Shown here: piece by piece, positions 51,135-64,000 of the stretch
Layout of the letters: each line of letters opens with the position of its first letter
Numbering within the stretch: the first letter of the stretch is position 1
DNA from: Octopus vulgaris
Taxonomy: Eukaryota
Length of the DNA stretch: 64,000 nt
Assembly (NCBI GenBank): GCA_951406725.2
Contig: OX597827.1
Coordinates: forward strand, 12,648,001 to 12,712,000
Direction of reading: 5' to 3'
Notes under the pieces: model-generated
What the model was told of the DNA's origin: nothing
Database searches by the model: none
The model's input: only the letters and a program-made list of their open reading frames with translations
Translations under genes and position numbers: made by a program

Positions 51135-51512
51135 TACTCTTACTCTTTACTCTTTTACTTGTTTCAGTCATTAGACTGCGGCCATGCTGGAGCACCGCCT
51201 TTTAGTACTTATTCTATCGGTCTCTTTTGCCGAACCGCTAAGTGATGGGGACGTAAACACACCAGCATCGGTTGTCAAGCAATGCTAGGGGGACAAACAC
51301 AGGCACACAAACACATACGCACACACACATATATATATATACATATATACAACAGGCTTCTTTCAGTTTCCGTCTACCAAATCCACTCACAAGGCATTGG
51401 TCAGCCCGGGGCTATAGCAGAAGACACTTGCCCAAGATGCCACGCAGTGGGACTGAACCCGGAACCATGTGGTTGGTTAGCAAGCAACTTACCACACAGC
51501 CACTCCTGCGCC
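51135..51512 (-). mobile_element. SINE family A (small internal deletion)
   Basis: Family A match. Confidence 0.9.
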
Positions 51513-51905
51513 TATGTATGTATTCATTGCATATATATATATAAATGTATATAAATAAGGATAAGATTGATATTTAAATACCGATCTTATCAGGTGGCCA
51601 GCATGGGAGTAAAAACCTTTCAAAGGTAATAATTATTTAAAATTATAATTTAGGGTATCTAAGAGATACCTCCATGCTGGAAATAGCAGTCAAAACTTGA
51701 CTCTAAAACCACATTAAATGTTCATACTGCATATACATTTTACAACTCTTACATCATAAAATGTTGTTGTAAAAGACTATATTTTACACAAGTAATATCT
51801 GGTATAAAACTCTATACAGCAGGCAGAGTAGGTGGAGACATTTATTACAGAAAAACCCAGCCAAGGTTGAAACCCAGAGTAAACTTTTTGCAAAATAGAC
51901 ATATA

Positions 51906-52308
51906 GGCGCAGGAGTGGCTGTGTGGTAAGTAGCTTGTTTACCAACCACAGGGTTCCGGGTTCAGTCCCATTGCGTGGCATCTTGGGCAAGGGTCTTCTG
52001 CTATAGTCCCGGGCCGACCAATGCCTTGTGAGTGGATTTGGTAGACAGAAACTGAAAGAAGCCCATCGTATATATGTATATATATGTGTGTGTGTGTTTG
52101 TGTGTCTGTGTTTGTCCCCCTAGCATTGCTTGACAACCAATGCTGGTGTGTTTACATCCCTGTCACTTAGCGGTTCGGCAAAAGAGACCGATAGAATAAG
52201 TACTGAGCTTACAAAGAATAAGTCCCGGGGTTGATTTGCTCGACTAAAGGCGGTGCTCCAGCATGGCTGCAGTCAAATGACTGAAACAAGTAAAAGAGTA
52301 AAAGAGAG
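51906..52308 (+). mobile_element. SINE family A, full length
   Basis: Family A match. Confidence 0.92.
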
Positions 52309-52588
52309 TATCTATCATTTCGTTTCTTACATTTCATTTATCTTTCATTTTTTTCCCCCTCCTGGCTAGCATTGCTTAGACATGAATAGATTCAAGGCAG
52401 GATTTTTACATCTGGAAGCACTTCCTGTTGCCAACACTTACTTGCTTTGCAACTAAGAGTTCTTTTTTTTTTTTTTCCAGAAGAATCTAAAAGCACAGAG
52501 CAAGCAGACAATTTGTTGACAGGAAATTTCAACAAGAATGGATTTTGAAATTAGTGTGGTGGAACTGATAGCATATTTATAAAGTAAA

Positions 52589-52978
52589 CAGGAGTGGCTG
52601 TGTGGTAAGTAGTTTGCTTAGCAGCCACATGGTTCCGAGTTCAGTCCCACTGTGTGGCACCTTGGGCAAGTTTCTTCTTATATAGCCTCGGGCCGACGAA
52701 AGCCTTGTGAGTGGATTTGGTAGACGGAAACTGAAAGAAGCCTGTCGTATATATGTATATATATATATGTATGTGTGTGTTTGTGTGTCTGTGTTTGTCC
52801 CCCCCCCACCAACATCGCTTGACAACCGATGGTGGTGTGTTTACGTCCCCGTAACTTAGTGGTTCGGCAAAAGAGACCGATAGAGTAAGTACTAGGCTTA
52901 CAAAGAATAAGTCCTGGTGCTCCAGCATGGCTGCAGTCAAATGACTGAAACAAGTAAAAGAGTGAAAGAGTAAAAGAG
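52589..52978 (+). mobile_element. SINE family A
   Basis: Family A match. Confidence 0.9.
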
Positions 52979-53246
52979 ACAGTGAACACAAAAATGTTCA
53001 ATACCAGAATTAACTGATTTGTTATCACAAAGATTAACTATCACACAGCCTGGTATATCAGGAGTATTTAGTTTCATTTCCTTGTGCTGGTTTCTTTTTC
53101 TTCATCCCCAAATTGGGGTTTACAATGGAATAGTGTTATTCATGGCATTCATATGTGTGAAAATATACCCACCTCTTTATCTATCTACCTTCTCTCTCTC
53201 TCTATAATATATATTCATACATACATACATAGATATATATATATAT

Positions 53247-53630
53247 ATCATCATCATCATCATCATCGTTTAGCGTCTGTTTTCCATGCTAGCATGGGTT
53301 GGACGGTTCTACTGGGGTCTGTGAAGCCAGAAGGCTTCATCAGGCCCAGTCAAATCTGGCAGTGTTTCTACGGCTGGATGCCCTTCCTAACGCCAACCAC
53401 TCCATGAGTGTAGTGGGTGCTTTTTACGTGCCACCCGCACTGGTGCCAGACAGAGCTGGCAAACGGCCACGAACGGATGGTGCTTTTTATGTGCCACCGG
53501 CACGAGGGCCAGGCGAGGCTGGCAACGCACACGAAACGGGGCGGTGCTGGCAACGGTCGCGAAACGGAAAGTTCTCTTACATGCCACCAGCACTGGTAAC
53601 ACATCTGCAATTTCCATTGATCGATTTCGA

Positions 53631-53632
<2 letters not shown>
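53247..53632 (-). mobile_element. SINE-like family C, longest copy in the window
   Basis: Family C body plus three tandem units and additional 5' sequence. Confidence 0.85.
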
Positions 53633-53702
<70 letters not shown>

Positions 53703-53736
53703 TAGATATAGATACATACATATATACATACATACA

Positions 53737-53808
<72 letters not shown>

Positions 53809-54772
53809 ACTTACTTTGAAAAGTATGCATGTCAGTCGATCACTTAATAGTATAAATAATATATAAATATATGCTTATATACATACATATATGTACATAC
53901 CTACACATATATATATATAAATTCAGGGTGAATACTTGATAAATGTAAGCACCTGTATATGCCAGCTAGTAGCAGAGGTGAGAGGATATATGTATCAAAT
54001 GAAATAAAAAACAGAACACAAAGGATGTTGTGGTACACATGTTTCGAGCTTTATAAAACAACTTATTCTTACATCAATGTATAATCGACATATATATTTA
54101 CATACATGCATATCTGTACATTCCTACATATATATGTATATATATATATAAGGAAAAATTCTATAAGAAAGGAACTCTAATCTCTCTTTTATATTTTGAT
54201 AAGCATAACAAATGCGCAACCGGTAAAAAGAACTTTCACCTAATTAAATTACTTAAATTACTTCAATTATTTGTCAGCATTTTCTTCATTTCCTTTTTTA
54301 TATATATATATATATATACATATATGGGTACAGGATATAAAAAAAAAACAACTTTTTTCGAACAATGAAAAGGACAAATAAACAAACAGAGAAACAAGAA
54401 AAGCAACATAAAGAACATTGCCTTCATCAGTTGTCCCCTGTTTTTTCTACTCCAAGTTTCAAAGGTAAGGACAAGACACGACTTCATTAAAACAATCCTT
54501 CCCGCAAAGCAAATTAAATAAAATTTAGGATTTTTTGCAGAGGGTGAAAGTGGTAACAAAAACAGGACAGTGAGAACAAAGCAGTAAAAACAAACGGTGA
54601 GGAATGTTAAGCCAAGATGACTCTGGCTCACCACTGCAAGTACTTGGAGTCAGTGTTGACTATTTTGTTACAAACATAAGTATACATACAAACATACATA
54701 CATACATGTCTATTTATGAATATACACTCAACCAAATCATCACTTTCACACAGACACACACACACACATACA

Positions 54773-55038
54773 TGCGGGGTCACTCCGAAAAGCTCTATCT
54801 GCGACGATTTCATCTCAATCGAAGGAGAGAGGCTTTCTCCATCTGGGTTGCGAATCCATGGAATAAGCTGCCAGACGAGATGGTGAAGATGCCGACAACC
54901 ACTCGGTTCAAAGTCTCCCTTGACCACAAGTGGCCTGAACTCTTTACATGTACACAACCCTGTACATAACTCCATGTCCCCCTACATGGCCTTGCTTTTT
55001 GCTTTTTGAGCCAAAAATTAACTAACTAACTAACTAAC
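54773..55038 (+). mobile_element. CR1-like LINE 3' end with (AACT)n tail
   Basis: RGHSEKLYLRRFHLNRRREAFSIWVANPWNKLP; same family as 31460-31905. Confidence 0.9.
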
Positions 55039-55040
55039 AT

Positions 55041-56170
55041 ATAAAAGGTCTGATCAATAAGTATTCGGACTGTTGTCATAGTAACAGATCTAAAGCACAC
55101 ACAGTAAAGCCGCTTGGTGAAGATTGACCTTGAACCCTGCTGTGCATGCACACTAAGTTTTAACATTGTACCTTACTTCTGTTGTTTGCAGAAGTGCTTG
55201 GAGTGAAGGTATGTAGCATGTAAGGCAGCGAGCTGGCAGAAGCATTAGCACGCCGGGCGAAATGCTTAGCGGTATTTCGTCTGCGTTACGTTGTGAGTTC
55301 AAATTCCGTCGAGGTCGACTTTGCCTTTCATCCTTTCGGGGTCTATAAATTAAGTACCAGTTATGCACTGGGGTCGATGTAATCGACTTAATACCTATAT
55401 CTGTCCCTGTTTGTCCCCTCTGTGTTTAGTCCCTTGTGGGTAGTAAAGAAATAGGTATGTAGCATGCAATCATCAGATTGACCATGACAGACAAAGTTGT
55501 CATGGTGATATACCTGCTCAGAGGCCTATGCAAGGTTGTAGAAAATGTATGGAGAGGTGGGGTATGAGCTGCACACAAGAGTATGAGGGTTTCAGACGTT
55601 TCCAAAATTGCCTCCCAAAAAATGTCGATATTGATGAACATTCTGGGAGACACACAACCAGCAGAACTGAGAAAAACATCGCAGATGTGCATGCAGATGT
55701 GAGGGGAAATCCTTAACTCATCATCCATGAGTTATCAGAGGATGTGTAGATTAGTTACAGCTCAGTTCAGTCCATTATTACTGAAGATGTGGGTATGAGA
55801 TGCATGCCTGCCAGGATTGTGCCAAAACTGCTTTCAGCTGACCAAAAAGACACTTGGGTTTCAGTTGCACAAGATCTCTGTGATTTTGTTGAGAACTATG
55901 AAAACTTTTTGGAAAATTTGCATAGGCTTCTGAGCAGGTATCACCAAGCTTTTTGCAAAATTTGATGCAGATTCTCTGCTCACCTTTCTCTGTCATGGTC
56001 AATGCAACGATCACATGCTACACACCTTCCTTCCAAGCATTGCTGTGAACAGTGGAAGTGAGCTAGAATGTTAAAACTTAGGTCAATCTGTGCCAAGCAG
56101 CTTTACTCTTCATAATGTAGCTTTGTTACTATAGCAACAGTCCGGATACTTATTGATCAGACCATGTGTA
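55041..56170. mobile_element. Non-autonomous mariner derivative with two inverted 5' arms
   Basis: TIRs ggtctgatcaataagta.tcggactgttg / caacagtccggatacttattgatcagacc; MTEKGEQRICIKFCKKLG on - strand; FRRF..DEHSGR..IVPKLLS on + strand. Confidence 0.85.
55222..55452 (+). mobile_element. SINE family B inserted in the mariner derivative, 14-bp TSD
   Basis: TSD aggtatgtagcatg at 55207-55220 and 55453-55466. Confidence 0.9.
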
Positions 56171-56263
56171 TATATGCACACACATATATATATATAGATA
56201 GATATATAGATATACAGTTATATATATGCATATTGTATATATATATATATATATGAGTATATA

Positions 56264-56316
<53 letters not shown>

Positions 56317-56318
56317 AG

Positions 56319-56471
56319 AATGGCTGTGCGGTAAGTAGCTTGGTTATCAACCACATGGTCATGGGTTCAGTCCCACTGCATGGCACCTTGGGCAAGTGTC
56401 TTCTACTATAGCTTTGGGCCGACCAAACACTTGTGAGTGGTGTTGGTAGGTAGAAACTGGAACAATCCAGC

Positions 56472-56516
<45 letters not shown>

Positions 56517-56707
56517 GAATGTGTATATATTGCTTGACAACTGATGCTGGTGTGTTTACGTCCTCGTAACTTAGCGGTTCAGCAAAAGAGACGATAGAAT
56601 AAGTACTAGGCTTACAAAGAATAAGCTCTAGGGTCGATTTGCTTAACTAAAGGCAGTGCTCCAGCATGACCACAGTCAAATGTCTGAAGCAAGTAAAAGA
56701 ATAAAAG
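56319..56707 (+). mobile_element. SINE family A, diverged
   Basis: Family A match. Confidence 0.85.
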
Positions 56708-57343
56708 AACATGTATATATATGTGTGTGTGTGTGCGTGTGTAATATATGTATGTATATATATATATGCATGTATATATATATATGTATATATATATATA
56801 TGCATGTGTATATATATATATGTATACAAAGACACACAAACACACATATATATATAAATATATATATATACACACAAAAGCTCACAATCACATGTATATA
56901 TTCATATATATATATATAAATGTATACGTACGAACATTCATATACAGTTGTGGAATCACAAGTTTATTCTCATGTGAGAAAAGTTCCACACGATTATTAA
57001 TACTTTTTTAAAATTCAAATACATCTATAGAATACATGCACACACAAACACATACACACACGTGCACGCATATACAGACACACACACGCACATACACACA
57101 AACACGTACGTACACACATATGCTTAGAGAGAGCATTAATTCTGTAGACACACTGTTGAAAGCATGCAAAATTAAACCCTTTATCTATCAAATATTGCCA
57201 GCAGCTTTGATATGTTAACAACAATAGATTAAAAAGAAATGTCCCTTTTTTTCCCAAAAGACTCAGTGAATACGAAAAATTAAGCTACATTACTGACCAG
57301 AAATAAAACATATTGTAAGATAAACACCTATATGTATGCATAT

Positions 57344-57461
<118 letters not shown>

Positions 57462-57548
57462 TTGTATATATATGAATATCTATGCGCAATATACATTATA
57501 TAGTAAAGATATATATGTATGTATATATATACATATATATATATATAC

Positions 57549-57616
<68 letters not shown>

Positions 57617-57802
57617 GTGTGTATGTATATAAAACAAAATGAATGTGAACACAATTTCAGTTAGACATATGAACAGACTACCATTCTTAGAATTTTCTTT
57701 CACGTAAAAGTATTTGAGGCTATTTTCATTAAAAGAAGGCCAGTTTCTTCCAATTCATCTCACCAGAAAATGGTACCAACTTGCAGTGTATATATACATA
57801 TA

Positions 57803-57850
<48 letters not shown>

Positions 57851-58019
57851 TACATATGTGCATATATAATCCGTTGATTATTTTTTTTGTTTTTTTTTGT
57901 TTTTTCTCTTTACTTCAACAAATGGTGAAAATAACTTCTCTCTCGGTGGACATAATAAATGGGGGTAAATTAAAGACTAAGAAAATACTTTTTTATTCAT
58001 CTATCTGTCAGGACAGCAG

Positions 58020-58530
<511 letters not shown>

Positions 58531-59284
58531 TATGAAGCGTAGTATAAAAAAAAAATTGAATTATTAGTGTGCTGGTCATGATTGACAAAAGTTTAGGTCA
58601 AAGAAACTGGAATATTATGATGAAGCAACTGATGAGGTAGACACGTCGAATGTATAGGATAGCTCTAAATGGTTCAATCTGTTGGAGAAGATTTGTAAAG
58701 AATTTTTATTACCAAAAGTCTGGTACTTGTTCTTCCAAGCAATAGTTCTTGTTGCCAGTGATGAGTTGTGTAGCGATTTGCAGAGGAAATTCTATAACTT
58801 ATAATATCATTTACTTCCAAATGGAATCTGTTTAGTAGATCAGCTTGAGTGCAGTATGTAAGAAATATGGTATCTTTTTGATCTCTGCGTGTTCACCTGC
58901 TGTGAATCTTTGAGAAAAAAAACATTTCCTTCTCGTTGAGCATATTATCTTCTTTTCCGAATGCAGCGTAAGGTAAGAATTTTTTTTCTTTCTTTCTTTC
59001 CCCTTTTTTTTATTTATTTATTTTTTTTTATTTTTTTTGTTACCAGGGAGGAGGGACGTTTGATGTAATGTTATTATTTCCATCTTGATCGGCTCATCAA
59101 AATATTGCTAGATGATAATGATGGTAATGATGATGATGATGATGATGATGATGGTGATGGTGATGACGATGGTGATGACAATGATAATGACAATGACGAT
59201 GATGTCAATGATGAGATTAACAAGAAAATCATTATAACATTGATAAATTGAATAAAGATAAGACAAAAAAGTAAAAAAAAAAGT

Positions 59285-59303
59285 GTGTATGTGTATATAT
59301 GTA

Positions 59304-59349
<46 letters not shown>

Positions 59350-59830
59350 TATATATATGTATATAGGTATGTATATATATCTATATATGTATATATACAT
59401 GCATACTATATAATCATATATGTATATATATGTGTATGTATGTATATATATATATCTATATGTATGTCTGTATGTCTGTATCTATATATATATATATTTA
59501 TTCATATATATATATATATATGTATGTATATATATAAATATATATATATATGTATATATATATATGTATGTCTGTATGTATGTATCTATATACATACATG
59601 TATTCATATATATATATTTATATATATATATATGTATATATATCTATCTATATATATATATATACACACACATATATGTATGTATATATATGTGTATATA
59701 TATATATTCATATATATTCATATATGTATGTATATATATATATGTGTGTATATATATAAATATATATATATATATATCAGTATGTATATATATATATATA
59801 TATATATACACATACATACGTGCATATACC
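59285..59830. repeat. Degenerate (TA)n/(TATG)n tract
   Basis: Direct inspection. Confidence 0.9.
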
Positions 59831-60139
59831 TACATGCAAGGACTTAGAAATGACAAACAGCAATGACAACGGTTATAATGGTGGTGGTGGCAGTGCTGGT
59901 GCTGGTGCTGGGCAATCATGACAAAGGCACTGCAGAAGAAAAAGAAGAGAAACACAGAAAGAGAAGAATAAGGATGAAAAAGCGAATGCCATTGCTGTTT
60001 GATGGTCAGACTGACCACCACCTGCCGATAATGACAACTAACTTTTCCTTACCACTCAAATAATGGCTCATACCTTTCTTTGTGATTTGCATCTCCTGAT
60101 GGATAACAGGAGGAGGTATTCAAAGAGAATTTCTATTTC

Positions 60140-60735
60140 GCCACCACCACCACCACCACCACCACCACTACTGCCATCACCGTCATACGCCTGCAACCAC
60201 CATCACAACCACTGTTGTCACCATCACCACCATCGTAGCAACCGTGATCACCATCACTGCTATCACCGTCTTAATCACTATTACCACCGTCTTCACAACC
60301 ACCACACCACCACCACCACCACCACCACTACTACCACCACCTTCACCATTACCACCACCACCATCACTATACCACCACTAAGTTCACCACCACCACCACC
60401 ACCAACACCATCACCACCACCAACACCACTACCGCTGCCACCGTCACCACCACAGGCAGTACTACAACCACCACCACCATCACTATACCACCACTAAATT
60501 CACCACCACCACCACCACCACTATCATCTTGACCACTATTACCACCATCATCACCCCTACCACCACCACCACCACCACCAACACCACCGCCGCCGCCGCC
60601 ACCACCACCACCACCACCACCACCACCACCAACACCACCGCCGCCGCCGCCACCACCACCACCATCACCAGCACCACCACCGCTGCCACCGCCGCCACCA
60701 CCACAGACAACCACTACAACCATTACGACAACCAG
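60140..60735. repeat. (CAC)n/(CGC)n low-complexity tract
   Basis: Direct inspection. Confidence 0.9.
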
Positions 60736-60800
60736 GCTCATATGATATTCACAGGCATCCATCAAATATGAAATATACAGTTCATATTTACAGTTGCACA

Positions 60801-60832
<32 letters not shown>

Positions 60833-61151
60833 TCACACACACATACATGCACGCATATACATTCACGCAAGAAATATGCCTAACACATACATACATACAT
60901 ACACGCACGCATATTAATACAACTGCCAATAAAGAATCTCTGGACAATGTCAGCAAAGGAAGCTGCAAACTTCATTGGCAGGTGGATGATTACAAGCAAG
61001 TTGGGGGGGGGGAGAAAGAGGGGTGGGGGTGGGGGTCTTGAGAGGGGGGTGGGTGAATGTATGAGCTCCTGCTGGAGCTGATATCGGTGGCTGTAAGCTT
61101 GATTGAAAAAAAAGAAAGAAAAAAAGCAAGGAACTATATTGCTATTCACAA

Positions 61152-61626
61152 TGATGATGATGACGATGATGATGATGATGATGACGATGATGATGATGGG
61201 AATGACATTGACCAAGACTTTCAACAATCAGGATGACCACGATGAGGGTGACAATGTAGATGATGCTGATGACGGTAGTTGTGGTGGTGATGGTGATGGC
61301 GGTGGTGATGGTAGTGGTGGTGGTGGTGGTGGTGGTGATGGTGGTCAGGTCGACGAAGATGATGGTGATGTCGATGATGATGATGATGATGATGATGGTT
61401 GTGGTGGTGGTGGTGGTGGTTATAACGACAATGATGACGATGATGATGATTGTGGTTGGTGGTGGTGGTGGTGGTGTCGATGGTAGTGGCTGTGTTGACT
61501 GGTGGTAGTGACCCTAGTAGGGCTACTGCCACTAATGTAATGATGATGATGGCTGTGGTGGTGGCAGCGGCGGTGGTGGTAGTACTGAGGGTGGTTGTGG
61601 TGGTGATGATGAGTTTTAGGATGATG

Positions 61627-61660
<34 letters not shown>

Positions 61661-61772
61661 CAGTAGTAGTAGTAGTAGCAGCAGCAACAGTAGTAGTGAT
61701 GGTGGTGGTGGTGGGGGTGGGGATATTGAAGGTGGCAGCAGTGGCAGTAGTGGCAGCAGTGGCAGTGGTGGT
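61152..61772. repeat. (GAT)n/(GGT)n/(AGT)n low-complexity tract
   Basis: Direct inspection. Confidence 0.9.
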
Positions 61773-62282
61773 AAAAATTATGTTCTCCGAAAGCAAGAGA
61801 GAGAGCAAGAAATCACGGTCAAACATATCTAAAGAAAATTATTGCTGTGTCTTGTGCGCGAGAGATTCCATTATGATTTATCAGGAATATCTTCACTGAC
61901 ATTTTTTTTCTGTTCTTTTTTTTCTTTTTTCTTTTTTCATTTTCTTTTTCCTAATTTTTTTTTTTTTTTTTGGTATGTATGTTTTAAATGAACTAGCTGA
62001 TACATCAAATCAGTTTAGCAGCTGAAATACATTTATTTTTCTCTACTTTTCTAAATAACGTATCAAAGTATGTTGCATGTTCTTTTAGAAAACAGCCAGC
62101 CTTGTGTTACAGATATAGCACAAAACTCTAGGGGGGGAACGGATTTGTATATACCAGTAACAATACACCTGAGGCAAAAAAAGCTCGAAGGAGCGTTTTG
62201 TATGCTAAATATATATACGTCCATTAGGGTATCACATATGTAATACAGTTGGTAAAAATAAACTTCGAATAATCTTTTATTC

Positions 62283-62610
62283 TATACTAGCAGTATCGCC
62301 CGGCGTTGCTCGGGTTTGTAAGGGAAATAACTATATAAGCATTTTTAGAGTGTTATAGTCAAAAAATAGCAAAAAAATGCATTAAAAATGGAAAACAAAT
62401 CATGATAAATTTTTTTTTAAATCGTTGACTCATCGTAGACATTTTTAGAGAGTTACTTCCCTTATATAATAGCGAAAAAAATGCATTAAAATGGAAAAAA
62501 AATGATTGGTAAATTTTTTTTAAATCGTTGACTCATCGTAGACATTTTTAGAGAGTTACTTCCCTTATATAATAGCGAAAAAAATGCATTAAAATGGAAA
62601 AAAATGATAA
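62283..62610 (+). mobile_element. Helentron/HINE-like terminus with ~104-bp internal tandem repeat
   Basis: tatactagcagtatcgcccggcgttgctcggg terminus with GC hairpin; aaaaaatgcattaaaatgg..aatcgttgactcatcgtagacatttttagag unit about 2.5 times. Confidence 0.55.
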
Positions 62611-62694
62611 ACACACCACTATCAGTTGTCAAGCAGGGGTGGGAGACAAACACAGACATAAATACATACTAACACACACACATGTATGCACGCA

Positions 62695-62725
<31 letters not shown>

Positions 62726-62794
62726 GCACGTGCACACTTTCAGTTTCTGCCTACAAAGTCCATTCACAAGGCTTCGGTCAACTTAAGGCTATTC

Positions 62795-63263
62795 TCTTTA
62801 CTCTCTCTTTTACTCTTTTACTTGTTTCAGTCATTTGACTGTGGCCATGCTGGAGCACTGCCTTTAGTCGAGCAAATCGACCCCAGGACTTATTCTTTGT
62901 AAGCCTAGTACTTAATGTATCAGTCTCTTTTGCTGAACTTATTCTATCTGTACTTATTCTATCTGTACTTATTCTATCGGTCTTTTTTGCCGAACCGCTA
63001 AGTTACGGGGACGTAAACTCACCAGCATCGGTTATCAAGCAATGCTAGGGGGACAAACACACACACATACACACATATATATATATACATATATATATAT
63101 ATACATATATACGACGGGCTTCTTTCAGTTTCCGTCTACCAAATCCACTGGTCAGCCTGAGGCTATAGCAGAAGACACTTGCCCAAGGTGCCACGCAGTG
63201 GGACTGAACCCGGAACCATGTGATTCGTAAGCAAGCTATTTACCACACAGCCACTCCTACGCC
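62795..63263 (-). mobile_element. SINE family A with internal short tandem duplications
   Basis: Family A match; acttattctatc occurs three times. Confidence 0.88.
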
Positions 63264-63567
63264 TATTGTAGAAGATACTTGCCCAAGGTACCATGCAGTT
63301 GGACTGAAATTGAAACCACGTAGCTGAGAAGAAAACTTCTGACGATGCAGCCACACCTGCAAGGTATTTTTGGAGGTAAGCAAGAACAACCGGGATTTCA
63401 TATATAAACATATATACAAAAGTAATTTAAATGATGTCACAACTATAAATAAACAGTAGGAAGTGGTCAGATACCTTGGCTTGCTAGTTGTTGGTTATAT
63501 TTGATAGTTTATGCCACCTAGATTACGTATTTAGTTATGAAGCTAAATGTAAAAAAATGTATTATAG

Positions 63568-63995
63568 GCGCTGGAATGGCTGTGTGGTAAGTAGCTTGCT
63601 TACCAACCACATGGTTCCGGGTTCAGTCCCACTGCGTAGCACCTTGGGCAAGTGTCTTCTACTATAGACTCGGGCCGACCAAAGCCTTGTTAGTGGATTT
63701 GTTAGACAGAAACTGAAAGAAGCCCGTCGTATATATGCATATGCATATATACTTGTGTGTATATATGTTTGTGTGTCTGTGTTTGTCCCTCCAACATCGC
63801 TTGACAACCGATGCTGGAGTGTTTACATCCCTGTAACTTAGCAGTTCGGCAAAAGAGACCGATAGAATAAGTACTGGGCTTACAAAGAATAAGTCCTGGG
63901 CTTACAAAGAATAAGTCCTGGGGTCGATTTGCTCGACTAAAGGTGGTGCTCCAGCATGGCCACAGTCAAATGACTGAAACAAGTAAAAGAATAAC
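63568..63995 (+). mobile_element. SINE family A, full length
   Basis: Family A match; short duplication ctgggcttacaaagaataagt. Confidence 0.92.
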
Positions 63996-64000
63996 GAGTA

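Noticed and set aside
54028-54050. Reverse-strand GAA-ACATGTGT-A half-hammerhead in a TA-flanked module
   Set aside because: Only the 3' half is present; core and stem I partner are absent
58973-59046. Possible 74-nt intron giving [17 protein letters not shown]
   Set aside because: Product is only 17 aa with no homology; the T-rich tract makes a chance acceptor likely
60063-61899. Pro/Thr/Gly/His-rich ORFs suggesting mucin or structural proteins
   Set aside because: (CAC)n/(GGT)n low-complexity tracts open on both strands; no domain evidence

Overview
This is AT-rich, microsatellite-saturated animal DNA. The SINE repertoire and repeat density most resemble an octopus (coleoid cephalopod) intron or intergenic region, which is an inference and not a database match. 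No intact host protein-coding gene can be supported, and almost all track ORFs are translations of microsatellites or SINEs. The window is a mosaic of at least five SINE-like families (family A has more than 20 copies) and decayed LINE fragments (RTE, CR1-like, R4/Dong-like). It also holds a degenerate Penelope-like (PLE) RT remnant, Tc1/mariner remnants (mariner, maT DD37D, rosa DD41D), a hAT MITE with an 8-bp TSD, and a Helentron-like fragment with an internal satellite. The most interesting signal is a set of short modules embedded in (TA)n tracts. Several carry long fold-back inversions and/or minimal type I hammerhead ribozyme motifs with non-canonical cores (U4C; U3:A8) and palindromic stem III, consistent with non-autonomous Penelope-derived elements. 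Also notable are two templated, inverted insertions inside a DD41D transposon, closely spaced inverted SINE pairs, and a few weak candidate exons.
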